DNA of 64,000 nucleotides, taken from positions 1-64,000 of IMG/VR virus record IMGVR_UViG_3300033552_000001. One strand, 5' to 3'. Positions 25,797 through 36,060 of the stretch are shown piece by piece. Source of the DNA: a virus. The notes below the pieces were generated by a model, which did no database searches, was not told the origin of the DNA, and saw only the letters and a program-made list of their open reading frames with translations. The position numbers and the translations under genes are program-made. The first letter of the stretch is position 1; each line of letters starts with the position of its first letter.

Positions 25797-27032
25797 ATGT
25801 GTAATGAATGTAATAACCAAGAAAGTAAATGTTCTTGTAAAGAAGTAAAAGTTGTTCAGCAATTTACAGATAATGTATTTTTAAATAGTTGTAATGTTAA
25901 TGATAAATTACAAAATTTAAAATTACCATTAGGTACTGATTTAACTACAATATTAAAGAAAATAGATTTTAAATTTGGAGACAATGCTAACACAGTTAAT
26001 TTCTCTGCTTTCAATTTAGTATATCTTTTTTCAAACTACACCATAACAAACATCAAACAGTTTACAGAAGCTGTATCAATAGAATTTGGTTCTAATAAAG
26101 CATTAATCAATGCTTTAAAAGTCGGTACTACTACACAACAAATTCAATTAACAAATAACTACAATGCAATTCAGCAAATAAAAGTACCTTCTGTTATAGA
26201 CAGTAGTGGTGTTGGATTCACTGTAAATGATTCTATTAATGTTATTTTACAAAAGATCGTAGATAAGTTTAATACTCTCACTGCAAGTTCTGGAATTGTA
26301 AATATTACTACTGATAATACAGACAGTTTATTACTATCTCTAATACCTAATCAAACAGGAAAGAAATTAAAAGGAGATGTTAGATTATCAGCTATTTCTA
26401 ATAATGCTATTACAAAACAACCAGATGGTCTTTATGTGAGTAAAGTAGCTTCTGGAAATGCTATTGCTCAATTAGAATTAGTAACAGGAAATAAAATTGG
26501 TATTGTAGGAAGTAATTCAGTTGAAATACCAACTCAAAGTTCTCAAAGTTTATCTATTACTGGAAATCAATTAACTATTTCTAATGGTAATTCAGTTCCT
26601 TTGCCTTCTTTAAATGAGAGTCCTTTGGTAACTAATAACTCTGGCTCAATTAGAATTACCCAAGCAATTGGGAATAATCATAACATCACTGCAAATGCTA
26701 TTATTTCTGCTGACAATTTAAACAGACTTAGTATTACAAATGATGGTCTTTTAGTGATTATGAATGCAAATGATGTATTAAATCAAATATCAGGAAGTAA
26801 TGTATTAAAAGAAGCTTTTGCTTTATTAGTAAGTGCTGCATTAAAAACACCTTGTTTTAGATGGGCAATTGAAAATAAAGGAACTGTTGCTGCTACTATT
26901 AATTATTTAGATTTAAATGAAATAGCTCAAACAGCTACTGTTGGTGTTAACACTACTTTTGATTTAGGAGCTTCAAGACTTTTAACAGTGTCCACTAGTA
27001 CATTAATTATAACTTTTCAAGGAAAATGCTAA
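25797..27032 (+). CDS. Putative tail fibre protein
   Basis: Cys-rich N-terminus, repeated LS.D..N.I....DGL.V fibre repeats, coiled segments. Confidence 0.7.
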   Translation: MCNECNNQESKCSCKEVKVVQQFTDNVFLNSCNVNDKLQNLKLPLGTDLTTILKKIDFKFGDNANTVNFSAFNLVYLFSNYTITNIKQFTEAVSIEFGSNKALINALKVGTTTQQIQLTNNYNAIQQIKVPSVIDSSGVGFTVNDSINVILQKIVDKFNTLTASSGIVNITTDNTDSLLLSLIPNQTGKKLKGDVRLSAISNNAITKQPDGLYVSKVASGNAIAQLELVTGNKIGIVGSNSVEIPTQSSQSLSITGNQLTISNGNSVPLPSLNESPLVTNNSGSIRITQAIGNNHNITANAIISADNLNRLSITNDGLLVIMNANDVLNQISGSNVLKEAFALLVSAALKTPCFRWAIENKGTVAATINYLDLNEIAQTATVGVNTTFDLGASRLLTVSTSTLIITFQGKC

Positions 27033-30000
27033 CAGAAAAATGTACAGAAAATTGTATAGAAACAACAGAAGGAATTTCTGCTGTTCAACCATGTAGTGAA
27101 GGTACAATAACTTCTGATTGTATTGTAATTGGAGAAGACATGAATTTGTGTGCTTTAAACATAAAGTCAGAAACTTCAATTAAAAAAGTAATCAAAGACA
27201 TTGATAAAATTCTTTGTGATATAAAAGGAAGTTCTCTTACTGTATTATATGATAATATTGTTGTAGATGGTTCTTGTATTGGTAAACAATTAGTAAATGT
27301 AAATGGAAAACCATCTATTAAATTATTTTTAGATAAAGATTGTTTATGTACTTTCATTGAAGATTGTATAACTAATGAAAATGTAAAAGCTCCTTTCATT
27401 ATTTCTGCTACAAAGTATAGTATTTGTAGAGATCAAAAAACAATACTAACCAGTAAGTTTAATGAAACTATTTGGTATAATGAAAATGGTGCTATTATTG
27501 GAAATGGAATTAATAAAGAAGTTTCTTTAGGTGGTAATTATTATGGGGTGTTTAATGGTAAAATATCTAATATTATAAATGTTATTTATACAGCAGATTG
27601 TCCTACTTTTACTTATACAAAGGTAAAAAACTTTTATAAGAATTGTATATTACCAACAGTGAGTACTGAATATACTTATTCTAAAATATATTTATCAGAA
27701 ACTTCTTATCAAGATGCTTTATTAAAAGCTGAATTAGATGCTATTGTTTTTGATACACAAGGACAAGCTATTATTAATGCAACAGGTATTTGTATTGGAG
27801 AATCAAATCCAACACCAATTCCACCAAGTTGTTTTAATGTATTCCTTTCAAATGTGAATTGTAATAATAGCCCAAGTCCAACACCAGTACCAATACCCAT
27901 TCCTATTCCTACACCAACTCCTATAAGAACTGATTATTGGAATTTAAATTTATGTTCTGGAGGTAATGCAACTTATCAAGTAGACAATTTAAATTTAAAT
28001 GCAGGAATAACATTAAAAGATAATATTTCTGGTATCTGTTATACTACAGTAAATCAAGGAGCATTAGTAGCCCCTTTATTAACTAATTACATTGAAACAG
28101 GTGGAGATTGTGCCACTTGTCTTTCAATACCAACTCCTCCTAATGGTGGTGTAATTAGTGTATTACAAGATTTAGAAATTCCTCAAGTAACACAATGGAA
28201 TTATTTTAATCCAAATGATATTCCTGATTTTAATCCTGTTAAATCAGTAGATGCTAAAACAGGAGAGTTACTTCCAAACAAATGGTTTATTTGGCACACA
28301 CCTTATAGAAATTTATTTGGTACTACTCAAACAAGTCAGTTAGTTAGTTTATTTAAAAAAGGAATTACTTCTATCAATGGTAGTAAAATTGGTGGATATT
28401 ATAATGGAATAGAATCAATTATTACAGCAGATAGAATGGTAGGTGATGCAGGTGCTGGGTTAAACACACCAGTAGATGATAATTACACTTCATTTGAAAA
28501 CTGGGCAACAGAAGGTTTTGGTTATGCAAACACTTATAAAATTCCAACTTTAAATGGTAAATCAAGAGCCTTCTTAGTAATTCAAGATTATGAAGGAGAT
28601 TATGCAGATTTAACAACTCAAATGTCTGCTAATTTACACACTATTGCTTTGTGGAAAGGTGTTAATACTGGTAATGGTAGATATGGTTTTCAATATGGTG
28701 GTGGTAAAAACTCTGCTTCTTATGCTACTTCCAGATTATATACAGCTGAATCAAATAATGTCTGGAATCTTCCTGCTGATAATACTGTACCCCTTTATTA
28801 TCAGGGTAAATCAGCCGCAGGCAATGATAGAATTATAGGAATGTTTGAATTAGCTTTTACTTATGAAGCTTTTCTTCCAGAAGGGTATCAAGTAAAAGAT
28901 CAAAATGGATTTAATTGGTTTAGGATTTCTCATTTTGGTTCTGAATGTGATAATACTTATGGATATAATTCTTTGGCAAATGCAAACAATTGGGCTGCTC
29001 AATTAGGTACTCATTGTGAAACTTATTATGGGTATCACAAATTACTTAATCAAGATGTTATTGCTCAAATTAAACCAACCAATGAATCAGATGATGGATT
29101 TCATTATAATGTAAAAAATTCTCAATATAATCAAGGTAGATACATTCAACAATTTTATGAAAATGGAATCACTTATTTAGAAGGAGCTTGTAATTGTGAA
29201 CAGAAGTCAACATTAGGTAGTGAATATGTAACTCCTTTTATTGCAGAAGGTCAAGTAATTCTTACTTACTTTTCAGGAGTTAAAGGAATTAATTGGTGGA
29301 GTTCTGATTTTACTGATGTAGCAATTCCAAGAGCTAAATCAGGTAATCAAAGAAGAGGTGCTAAATACAATGATCCTAATTATGGAAATAGAGATTTAGA
29401 ATCTTATGTATACACTTTAAAAGCATTATGGAGACTTAATCAAAAAGTAACTTTAAACAATGGGCAATCATATTCATTTAATGAAATATGTGATGGAACA
29501 GAAGTATATTTAAATCAAACTACTAAAGTTGTTTATGATACTAATGGACTTACCACTCAATATAGAGCTTTGGATTGGCAAATATTAAAGAAAAGTCCTG
29601 TAAGAGCAGTAGTAAATGTTTCTAAGAATGTAGTTTTTGTAGTAGCATTTCAAGCTTATGGTGTTGAACAATCACAAATTACTTTTAAACTTACTGATTA
29701 TGGTGCTAATATTTCAGAATTAATTGATGTACCTGCTGGTAAAATAGTTGTAAGAGCATTTCCTTTAACAGGAGGTACTGTCCCAACTCCTGTACCTACT
29801 CCTATTCCAACACCAGTTCCAACTCCTGTACCAACACCAACACCTGTACCACCAAGTCCAAGTGTAATTATAACACAACCTAATAAACCACAATACTTTT
29901 TTAGTAATAATCAGCCACCAACTTTTTATTCTAATAGAAGTAATCTTCCTGTTATTTTTACTAATGGAGAAGAATTTAATGCCATAGATGATATTGTTTA

Positions 30001-30898
30001 TCTTGAAAATTCAGAAGTGAAATATGGTATTAACTTAAAAAGAGGTGGTCAATTATGTTATGCTAGTATTGCAGGTAGTACAGATAATTTAATTTTTAAT
30101 GGTTATGATGGTGGTTTTCAAGGAGTAATAGATGCAACACAAATATTAGACCCTGCTACTATTCAAGGACAAACTTCTGGAAGTCCACAGAATAATAATG
30201 CTTATAACACTACAATGGGAGGTACTCATTTAAATCAATCTCAAACATTGATGGAATACAAACCTGTTGGAAGTAATGCTTATTATGTTAAATTTAGACC
30301 TTTATTATATCCATTCAATGCATTAATATCAGAAGTTGAAATTGAAGTTACTTATACCTTAATTGGAAGAGCTTTAAAAACTACTTATAAATATACATCA
30401 TTTAGAACTGATGGTAATTTCCCATTAAATCCTACTTTTCCAAGTGGAATAAAAGGTTGGGCAGTTCCAATATGTTTTTTAATTGAAAAACTAAATAGGT
30501 ATCAAATATATGCTGGTGATGCTCCATTTACAAATGCTCCTGTTCAAGATGGAGTTATTCCTAATACTACTCCAAATCAAGGAGGAGGTTCTATCATAGG
30601 ATTCAATACAAAAGAATTCTGGGGACTTTCATACAATCAAATTGATAATGTTGGACTTGGTATTATGAATTTAAGTGAAGGAGGTAGCTCTTCTTATTTA
30701 AGATTTGAACAAAGAGAAAAAAGAGCAGATAGTCCTCCTAGTGGAGTATTTGGAAATAGACCAAGAACTACAATGGAAATTGCAATTAGTGTATTAGTTC
30801 CTGATGGAGGTAATTTTGTAAAAGAAACTACTGCTTATTTTTCAGTAGGAAGTCCTGCACAAATTAGACAATCTTTTTACAATAATGCCATCGTTTAA
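27026..30898 (+). CDS. Large modular fibre / receptor-binding protein
   Basis: 1290 aa; Cys-rich fibre N-terminus and two Pro/Thr linkers separating two large globular domains. Confidence 0.7.
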   Translation: MLTEKCTENCIETTEGISAVQPCSEGTITSDCIVIGEDMNLCALNIKSETSIKKVIKDIDKILCDIKGSSLTVLYDNIVVDGSCIGKQLVNVNGKPSIKLFLDKDCLCTFIEDCITNENVKAPFIISATKYSICRDQKTILTSKFNETIWYNENGAIIGNGINKEVSLGGNYYGVFNGKISNIINVIYTADCPTFTYTKVKNFYKNCILPTVSTEYTYSKIYLSETSYQDALLKAELDAIVFDTQGQAIINATGICIGESNPTPIPPSCFNVFLSNVNCNNSPSPTPVPIPIPIPTPTPIRTDYWNLNLCSGGNATYQVDNLNLNAGITLKDNISGICYTTVNQGALVAPLLTNYIETGGDCATCLSIPTPPNGGVISVLQDLEIPQVTQWNYFNPNDIPDFNPVKSVDAKTGELLPNKWFIWHTPYRNLFGTTQTSQLVSLFKKGITSINGSKIGGYYNGIESIITADRMVGDAGAGLNTPVDDNYTSFENWATEGFGYANTYKIPTLNGKSRAFLVIQDYEGDYADLTTQMSANLHTIALWKGVNTGNGRYGFQYGGGKNSASYATSRLYTAESNNVWNLPADNTVPLYYQGKSAAGNDRIIGMFELAFTYEAFLPEGYQVKDQNGFNWFRISHFGSECDNTYGYNSLANANNWAAQLGTHCETYYGYHKLLNQDVIAQIKPTNESDDGFHYNVKNSQYNQGRYIQQFYENGITYLEGACNCEQKSTLGSEYVTPFIAEGQVILTYFSGVKGINWWSSDFTDVAIPRAKSGNQRRGAKYNDPNYGNRDLESYVYTLKALWRLNQKVTLNNGQSYSFNEICDGTEVYLNQTTKVVYDTNGLTTQYRALDWQILKKSPVRAVVNVSKNVVFVVAFQAYGVEQSQITFKLTDYGANISELIDVPAGKIVVRAFPLTGGTVPTPVPTPIPTPVPTPVPTPTPVPPSPSVIITQPNKPQYFFSNNQPPTFYSNRSNLPVIFTNGEEFNAIDDIVYLENSEVKYGINLKRGGQLCYASIAGSTDNLIFNGYDGGFQGVIDATQILDPATIQGQTSGSPQNNNAYNTTMGGTHLNQSQTLMEYKPVGSNAYYVKFRPLLYPFNALISEVEIEVTYTLIGRALKTTYKYTSFRTDGNFPLNPTFPSGIKGWAVPICFLIEKLNRYQIYAGDAPFTNAPVQDGVIPNTTPNQGGGSIIGFNTKEFWGLSYNQIDNVGLGIMNLSEGGSSSYLRFEQREKRADSPPSGVFGNRPRTTMEIAISVLVPDGGNFVKETTAYFSVGSPAQIRQSFYNNAIV
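27872..27922 (+). repeat. Pro-x linker repeat (PSPTPVPIPIPIPTPTP)
   Basis: CCN-NNN codon alternation. Confidence 0.85.
29780..29860 (+). repeat. Pro-x linker repeat (VPTPVPTPIPTPVPTPVPTPTPVPPSP)
   Basis: Tandem 12-nt units encoding PTPV-like tetrapeptides. Confidence 0.85.
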
Positions 30899-30912
30899 AA
30901 TAAATAAATATT

Positions 30913-33105
30913 ATGAGTATAGCTTCAGTAAATTATAATATAATAAATGCTTCTGCTCCATTTAGTTTTTCAGTGAAAGACTCAAATGGAGTAGAAAAGT
31001 TTGTCAGTGAATCAAATGGGAAAATATATTTTACTGCATTAATCAATGGGGTTTATACTGTTAAAATTTCAAAAGGAAGTTGTGAAGTAATAAACCAAAT
31101 TAATGTAATAAATTGTACTACTGTACCAAATACAGGATGTTCTACTCCTATATTAACCTTAGTTAGTATTCAAACTGATAAAAAAGCTTCTTTCACTATT
31201 AGCAATATTGCTGATTGTCAAGGAATGGAATTTCAATACAGTGAGAATATTAATTTTACCGCTTATTTTCCAGTTGTTATTGGTTGTGTTACTACTGCCT
31301 TAATTACTTTTCCTGCAAATGCTGTCTATTATACAAGAGTTTCCAAAACATGTACTAATGGACTTTTACAATATTCAAATGTAATTTCTACTTCCACTGT
31401 TGTTGGAGACAATAATTGTTACACTTTTGCAGGATGTTTAAATGTTGGAGTTATAGCTACATCAGATACTTATAGAATAAATCTAAAAGAAAATACAACA
31501 AAGAATGTAAGCTTTACTTTATCAAATGGAAGTATTATTAGTATTCTTGCTGGTAGTAATTTTGGACAAGAAATAATTAATAAATCACAAGGCTGTCCAA
31601 CTGTTATTAGTAACACTTTAAACATTCCTTTCTGTCCTATAACACCTGTTACTCCTGTACCACCTCAATGTGTTGGTATAACTAATTTAACAATAGCAGG
31701 GGCAAATTCTGTTAATGCAAATAGTACCAATCAATACAGTTTATCTTATTCAGGAAATCCTCCATTAAATTATACTTGGGGAGTTTCTGGTCAAGGTACT
31801 TCAATTGTATCTGGTGGTAATTCTGATACTGCAACTATTAAATTTGGTAGTAGTGGTAACTTTATATTATATTTAGATGTAAAAGATTCTTGTGGAAATA
31901 TTATTTCTACTACAAAATCATTAACATTAATTCCTGTTAATAATTGTGATATTGTTATTTCAAATATAGGAATTGTTTGTAATGCAACTAATAGTTCTAC
32001 TGTTACAGTGACAGCTAATTCTCCTAGTGGTAAAGTATTAAGATATGGTGTTTTAGGATTTGTAGGATTTCAAACAAGTAATATATTTAATTTACCAAAC
32101 AGTGATGTTAATGGATATACTTTCCAAGTAGTTGAATTAGGAAATGAAACTGATTGTAGAATTCAACAAAATAGAATGGTTTCTTGTGTTCCAACTACAC
32201 CTGTTCCTCCTGCTACAACTTGTAATTTATTAATTAATAATGTTAATGTAGTTTGTAATTCAGCTAATAATGCTACCTTAACAGTAGTTGTTTCCAATCC
32301 TAGTAATTATGTATTGCAGTATCAAATTGATAATTTAATAACTTGGCAAGACAGTAATGTATTTACTGGAATAACTAACAATGGAACTGGTTATGTTGTA
32401 AGAGCAAGAAATAAAAATAACATAAGCTGTTCTGTTTCTAAAAACAATGTTTATGTAGATTGTCAAAATATACCAACTAATTGTGTTCAATTAACTAATT
32501 TAGTAATATCAGGAAACAATTCAGTTGTTCCAAATAGTCAAAACAGTTATACAAGTAGTTATGCTGGTGCAGCACCTTACAGTTATGCATGGAGTATTTC
32601 AGGTCAAGGAGTTTCAGTTGTAGGAGGTAGTAATGCTAGTTTTGCAACTTTCCAAATGGGAAATAGTAATGGTATAATAACACTCACTGTGACTGGATGT
32701 GGAAATCCTGTAACAACTGAATTTATTTATGGATTACAAGCTACTCCAACACCAACACCAACTTCTTGTATTTGTACTGATTTAAATTTGTTAGATGGTG
32801 GTGCAGTAGAAGCCTTTAGAGGTGGAAATAACGGAACACAAGATATAATTACTGTTCAAGTTCCTTATGATTTTAGTTCTAATTGTGGGGTTGTTAGAGC
32901 AAATAGTTATACATTAAATGTTTATAATGGTACTACTTTATTAGGAACTATTAGTGAATCATTTCCTTTTGAAAATGCAGACCTTACAAAGTCATTCACT
33001 GTGCTTACTCCTACTACTGCAACAAGTTTAATTATGGAACTTAGTGCTGTATGTTTCTATGGACAATCTATTACATCAAGAAGAACATATCCTATTTTAC
33101 CATAA
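30913..33105 (+). CDS. Ig-like/PKD/SprB-repeat fibre or decoration protein
   Basis: Cys-paired beta-sandwich repeats; YQIDNLITWQDSNVFTGI resembles SprB repeats; YTWGVSG and YAWSISG are PKD-like. Confidence 0.65.
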   Translation: MSIASVNYNIINASAPFSFSVKDSNGVEKFVSESNGKIYFTALINGVYTVKISKGSCEVINQINVINCTTVPNTGCSTPILTLVSIQTDKKASFTISNIADCQGMEFQYSENINFTAYFPVVIGCVTTALITFPANAVYYTRVSKTCTNGLLQYSNVISTSTVVGDNNCYTFAGCLNVGVIATSDTYRINLKENTTKNVSFTLSNGSIISILAGSNFGQEIINKSQGCPTVISNTLNIPFCPITPVTPVPPQCVGITNLTIAGANSVNANSTNQYSLSYSGNPPLNYTWGVSGQGTSIVSGGNSDTATIKFGSSGNFILYLDVKDSCGNIISTTKSLTLIPVNNCDIVISNIGIVCNATNSSTVTVTANSPSGKVLRYGVLGFVGFQTSNIFNLPNSDVNGYTFQVVELGNETDCRIQQNRMVSCVPTTPVPPATTCNLLINNVNVVCNSANNATLTVVVSNPSNYVLQYQIDNLITWQDSNVFTGITNNGTGYVVRARNKNNISCSVSKNNVYVDCQNIPTNCVQLTNLVISGNNSVVPNSQNSYTSSYAGAAPYSYAWSISGQGVSVVGGSNASFATFQMGNSNGIITLTVTGCGNPVTTEFIYGLQATPTPTPTSCICTDLNLLDGGAVEAFRGGNNGTQDIITVQVPYDFSSNCGVVRANSYTLNVYNGTTLLGTISESFPFENADLTKSFTVLTPTTATSLIMELSAVCFYGQSITSRRTYPILP

Positions 33106-33133
33106 TAGAATATACATTAAACAATCATAAATT

Positions 33134-34156
33134 ATGTTAGCTTTAGGAATAGCCAAATTAAATAATGTAATAGTAGAAGCTGAAAGACAGCAAATAAAAC
33201 AAGGTATTTTACAAGAATACAATCATAAAAATTTAAATGATGAATCATCAGATAGTCATTATAAAAATAGTTATGGTGGTGAAGTGAAGTTTAATTACAT
33301 CTATGACAGACTTACTGAATATATTTCTACTGTAACAGGACTTAAGCTTGAAAAAGCTAATTGTTACAGTAGAATATATTTTAATGATAGTGTATTAAAA
33401 GCTCATTTAGATAGACCAGGTCTTGATTTAACCTTATCAATTCAAATAGAAAATACTTTTAATGTAGATGTAGAATGTCCAATTTATACAAAAGGTTATG
33501 ATGGTACAATATATGAAACTAAATTAAATAATGCTGATGGTGTATTAGTAAAAGGAACAGAATTAGAACATTGGAGAAATCCAATGACTGAAAATAGTAA
33601 TGGATATTTAATGTGTGTCTTTTTTCATTGGACAATTGTCAAAGTTGAATATCAAGAAGAGCAATTATTTTTATCAGTAGAAGAGTGTGATAGTATTATA
33701 AAGCAAGCAGAACAAAATGAATTTTCAGCAAGTAGTGTATTAGAAGATTATGCTGGTTCTAAAGTTGATGTACATGCAAGAAGTAGTGTTTCAATGAATT
33801 GGATACATAATGTAGAAGATATAAATCAAAAATTACTTCCTTACATTGGAAATTTAAGACTTGAAACTTGGCAATTATTAAAATATGAAAAAGACAATCA
33901 ATTCTCACCTCATTTTGATAATGGAGGTAGTATTGATAAAAGACTATTCACTATTTTAATATATTTAAATGATGACTTTGAAGGAGGTACAACAACTTTT
34001 AATAATGAGAATATTGTATTAACTCCTCAAACAGGAAAGATGGTAATATTTAAAAACTTAAAAAATAGAATAACAGATAATAAAAGTATGCACTCTGGTG
34101 ATGTAATAAAAAGTGGTACAAAGTTTTTGCTTGTAAATTGGAGTAACCTACCATAA
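33134..34156 (+). CDS. Tandem 2OG-Fe(II) oxygenase (prolyl 4-hydroxylase-like)
   Basis: Domain 1: HLD...EHWR. Domain 2: PHFD...ILIYLNDDFEGGTT...MHSG...GTK (HxD..H..K). Confidence 0.88.
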   Translation: MLALGIAKLNNVIVEAERQQIKQGILQEYNHKNLNDESSDSHYKNSYGGEVKFNYIYDRLTEYISTVTGLKLEKANCYSRIYFNDSVLKAHLDRPGLDLTLSIQIENTFNVDVECPIYTKGYDGTIYETKLNNADGVLVKGTELEHWRNPMTENSNGYLMCVFFHWTIVKVEYQEEQLFLSVEECDSIIKQAEQNEFSASSVLEDYAGSKVDVHARSSVSMNWIHNVEDINQKLLPYIGNLRLETWQLLKYEKDNQFSPHFDNGGSIDKRLFTILIYLNDDFEGGTTTFNNENIVLTPQTGKMVIFKNLKNRITDNKSMHSGDVIKSGTKFLLVNWSNLP

Positions 34157-34174
34157 TTAGTTTATATTTGTAAG

Positions 34175-34801
34175 ATGAAAGTAAAAGAATTAATATCAAC
34201 TATAAATAATGAAATAAAAGCTATTGGACTTGATGACAGAGTTTCCAATAGATATTTGTATAGTAAGTTTTTACATTATGAATCTTTGTTTATAAAAAGA
34301 GATTCTGATAATAGAAGAATATTTAATAACACTGATTTATTCCATTCTATTCCTTGTTTTGAAATGAAGGAAACTTCACCAGTTGAATGTCCTGGCATTT
34401 ATATTCCTAATTTAGAAATGATTAGTAAAAGTGTTATTCCAGTTCCTGATGTTCACAATTCTATTTATGGAAACATGTTAATTGTCAGTAGTGTAGATGA
34501 AAGTGAAATTTTTAAATTCACTACTCCTCAAAATTATAAAAATATATTAAATAGAGGAATGAACAAGACCAAATATTGCTGGCTTAATGGAAATAATAAT
34601 TTAATTATTCCAGAAGATATTCAAAAAGTAAAGCTTAAACTATTACCAAAAGGAAATATTAAATTAGGAATAAATCAAGAAGTCTTTACCCCAAGTTGGT
34701 TAATAGGAGATGTGATTAAGTTTGTCATACAAGATGTAAGAAATGCTAAATCAATTCCAATGGATGAAAATCCAAATATGAATAATAATTTAAAACAATA
34801 A
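34175..34801 (+). CDS. Tail ring protein (R2-like)
   Basis: 208 aa; crAss synteny before the IHF, ring and muzzle genes. Confidence 0.6.
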   Translation: MKVKELISTINNEIKAIGLDDRVSNRYLYSKFLHYESLFIKRDSDNRRIFNNTDLFHSIPCFEMKETSPVECPGIYIPNLEMISKSVIPVPDVHNSIYGNMLIVSSVDESEIFKFTTPQNYKNILNRGMNKTKYCWLNGNNNLIIPEDIQKVKLKLLPKGNIKLGINQEVFTPSWLIGDVIKFVIQDVRNAKSIPMDENPNMNNNLKQ

Positions 34802-34805
34802 CAAC

Positions 34806-35261
34806 ATGTTAGTATTTGGTAATTTAGAAGCTTATAAACAAAAATTTCCAAAAGAAGATCCTTTGTTAATAAAGAAAATTGTACAACAAAGTAATTTATT
34901 AATTGGAAAAAAGATATTAGCAGGTGAAGATTTCTTAATGCCTGAATCACTTGGAATAATATTTGTAGCAAAAGAAAAGACTAAAAAAGTATTTGATTAT
35001 ATTACTTTCTGTAAAACAGGAGTAATGAAAACTTTAAACAACTTTAAAACTTTTGGATTCCTGTATAAAGTAATGTGGTTTAAAGGATATAAGAATAAAA
35101 AAGCTCACATTTTATATAATGTTTATAAATTTAAAGCTAATAGAGTAGAAGTAACAAGACCTCTTTCTAAAATATTGCAAGCTGGCAATGATTATTACAA
35201 AGAAATGGAATATGTAAAAAGATTTTATAATGGAAATAAAACAAAAGTTTCAAAGCAGTGA
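34806..35261 (+). CDS. HU/IHF-like protein
   Basis: KILAGEDFLMPESLGIIFVAK fits the IHF-like pattern; crAss synteny. Confidence 0.6.
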   Translation: MLVFGNLEAYKQKFPKEDPLLIKKIVQQSNLLIGKKILAGEDFLMPESLGIIFVAKEKTKKVFDYITFCKTGVMKTLNNFKTFGFLYKVMWFKGYKNKKAHILYNVYKFKANRVEVTRPLSKILQAGNDYYKEMEYVKRFYNGNKTKVSKQ

Positions 35262-36060
35262 TATTTTAATATCAAGAGTAAAAGAGAATTTATCTTCTTA
35301 TGATAATGCAGGCATTATTGATGAAGGTAAATTTTATTTTTTAATTAAAGATGAGCTTAGACTTTTAGGAGAGTATGTTTATATTACTAAAACAGATGTG
35401 GTAACACTTAACAATAAAAAAGCACTGTTACCAAAAGACTTTATACAACTTTATGCTTTGTATAATGTAGATGCTGTTTCTAAAAAAGTAAGTGTTGAAG
35501 GTCAATTACTACCTAAGATTACTTATAAAGCTGAATTTATGAATATTGAAACTTGTAAAACAGATGAATATATTGTAACAGAATCTGCTTTCTTTAATCA
35601 TGAATATAACAGTAGAAGTAAAGGAAAGTTATTAAAATACAACAGTAAAGTAAATACAGACTTGTGTTATAAATACAGTCCTAATTTTACAAGTACTTCT
35701 GCTAATGAATTTAACATTGATAAGAATTACATTTACACTAATTTAACTGATGGTGATTTGTATTTAGAATATTTAGCATTTCCTTATGATGAAGAAGGTT
35801 TTCCAATGATTCCTGATGAATCTAAAATTGAAAAGACCATTGAGAATAGACTTATGTTTGAAGTATTTAGAGATTTTTATATAAATGATATAACTAATAA
35901 TGCTTTGCAGAAAATGCAGTATTTTCAAGCTGAATATAATCTTGCTCACAAGATAGCATTAAATCATGTAAAACTTCCTTCATTTCAACAAATGACAGAA
36001 ATGGCTTACAAGAATGTAAACAAGTTTAGTAGAATAAAAAATATGGTGTATGGCAGATAA
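35230..36060 (+). CDS. Tail tubular / ring protein (R1, P22 gp4-like)
   Basis: LYLEYLAFPYDEEGFPMIPD motif; directly upstream of the muzzle gene. Confidence 0.75.
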   Translation: MEIKQKFQSSDILISRVKENLSSYDNAGIIDEGKFYFLIKDELRLLGEYVYITKTDVVTLNNKKALLPKDFIQLYALYNVDAVSKKVSVEGQLLPKITYKAEFMNIETCKTDEYIVTESAFFNHEYNSRSKGKLLKYNSKVNTDLCYKYSPNFTSTSANEFNIDKNYIYTNLTDGDLYLEYLAFPYDEEGFPMIPDESKIEKTIENRLMFEVFRDFYINDITNNALQKMQYFQAEYNLAHKIALNHVKLPSFQQMTEMAYKNVNKFSRIKNMVYGR

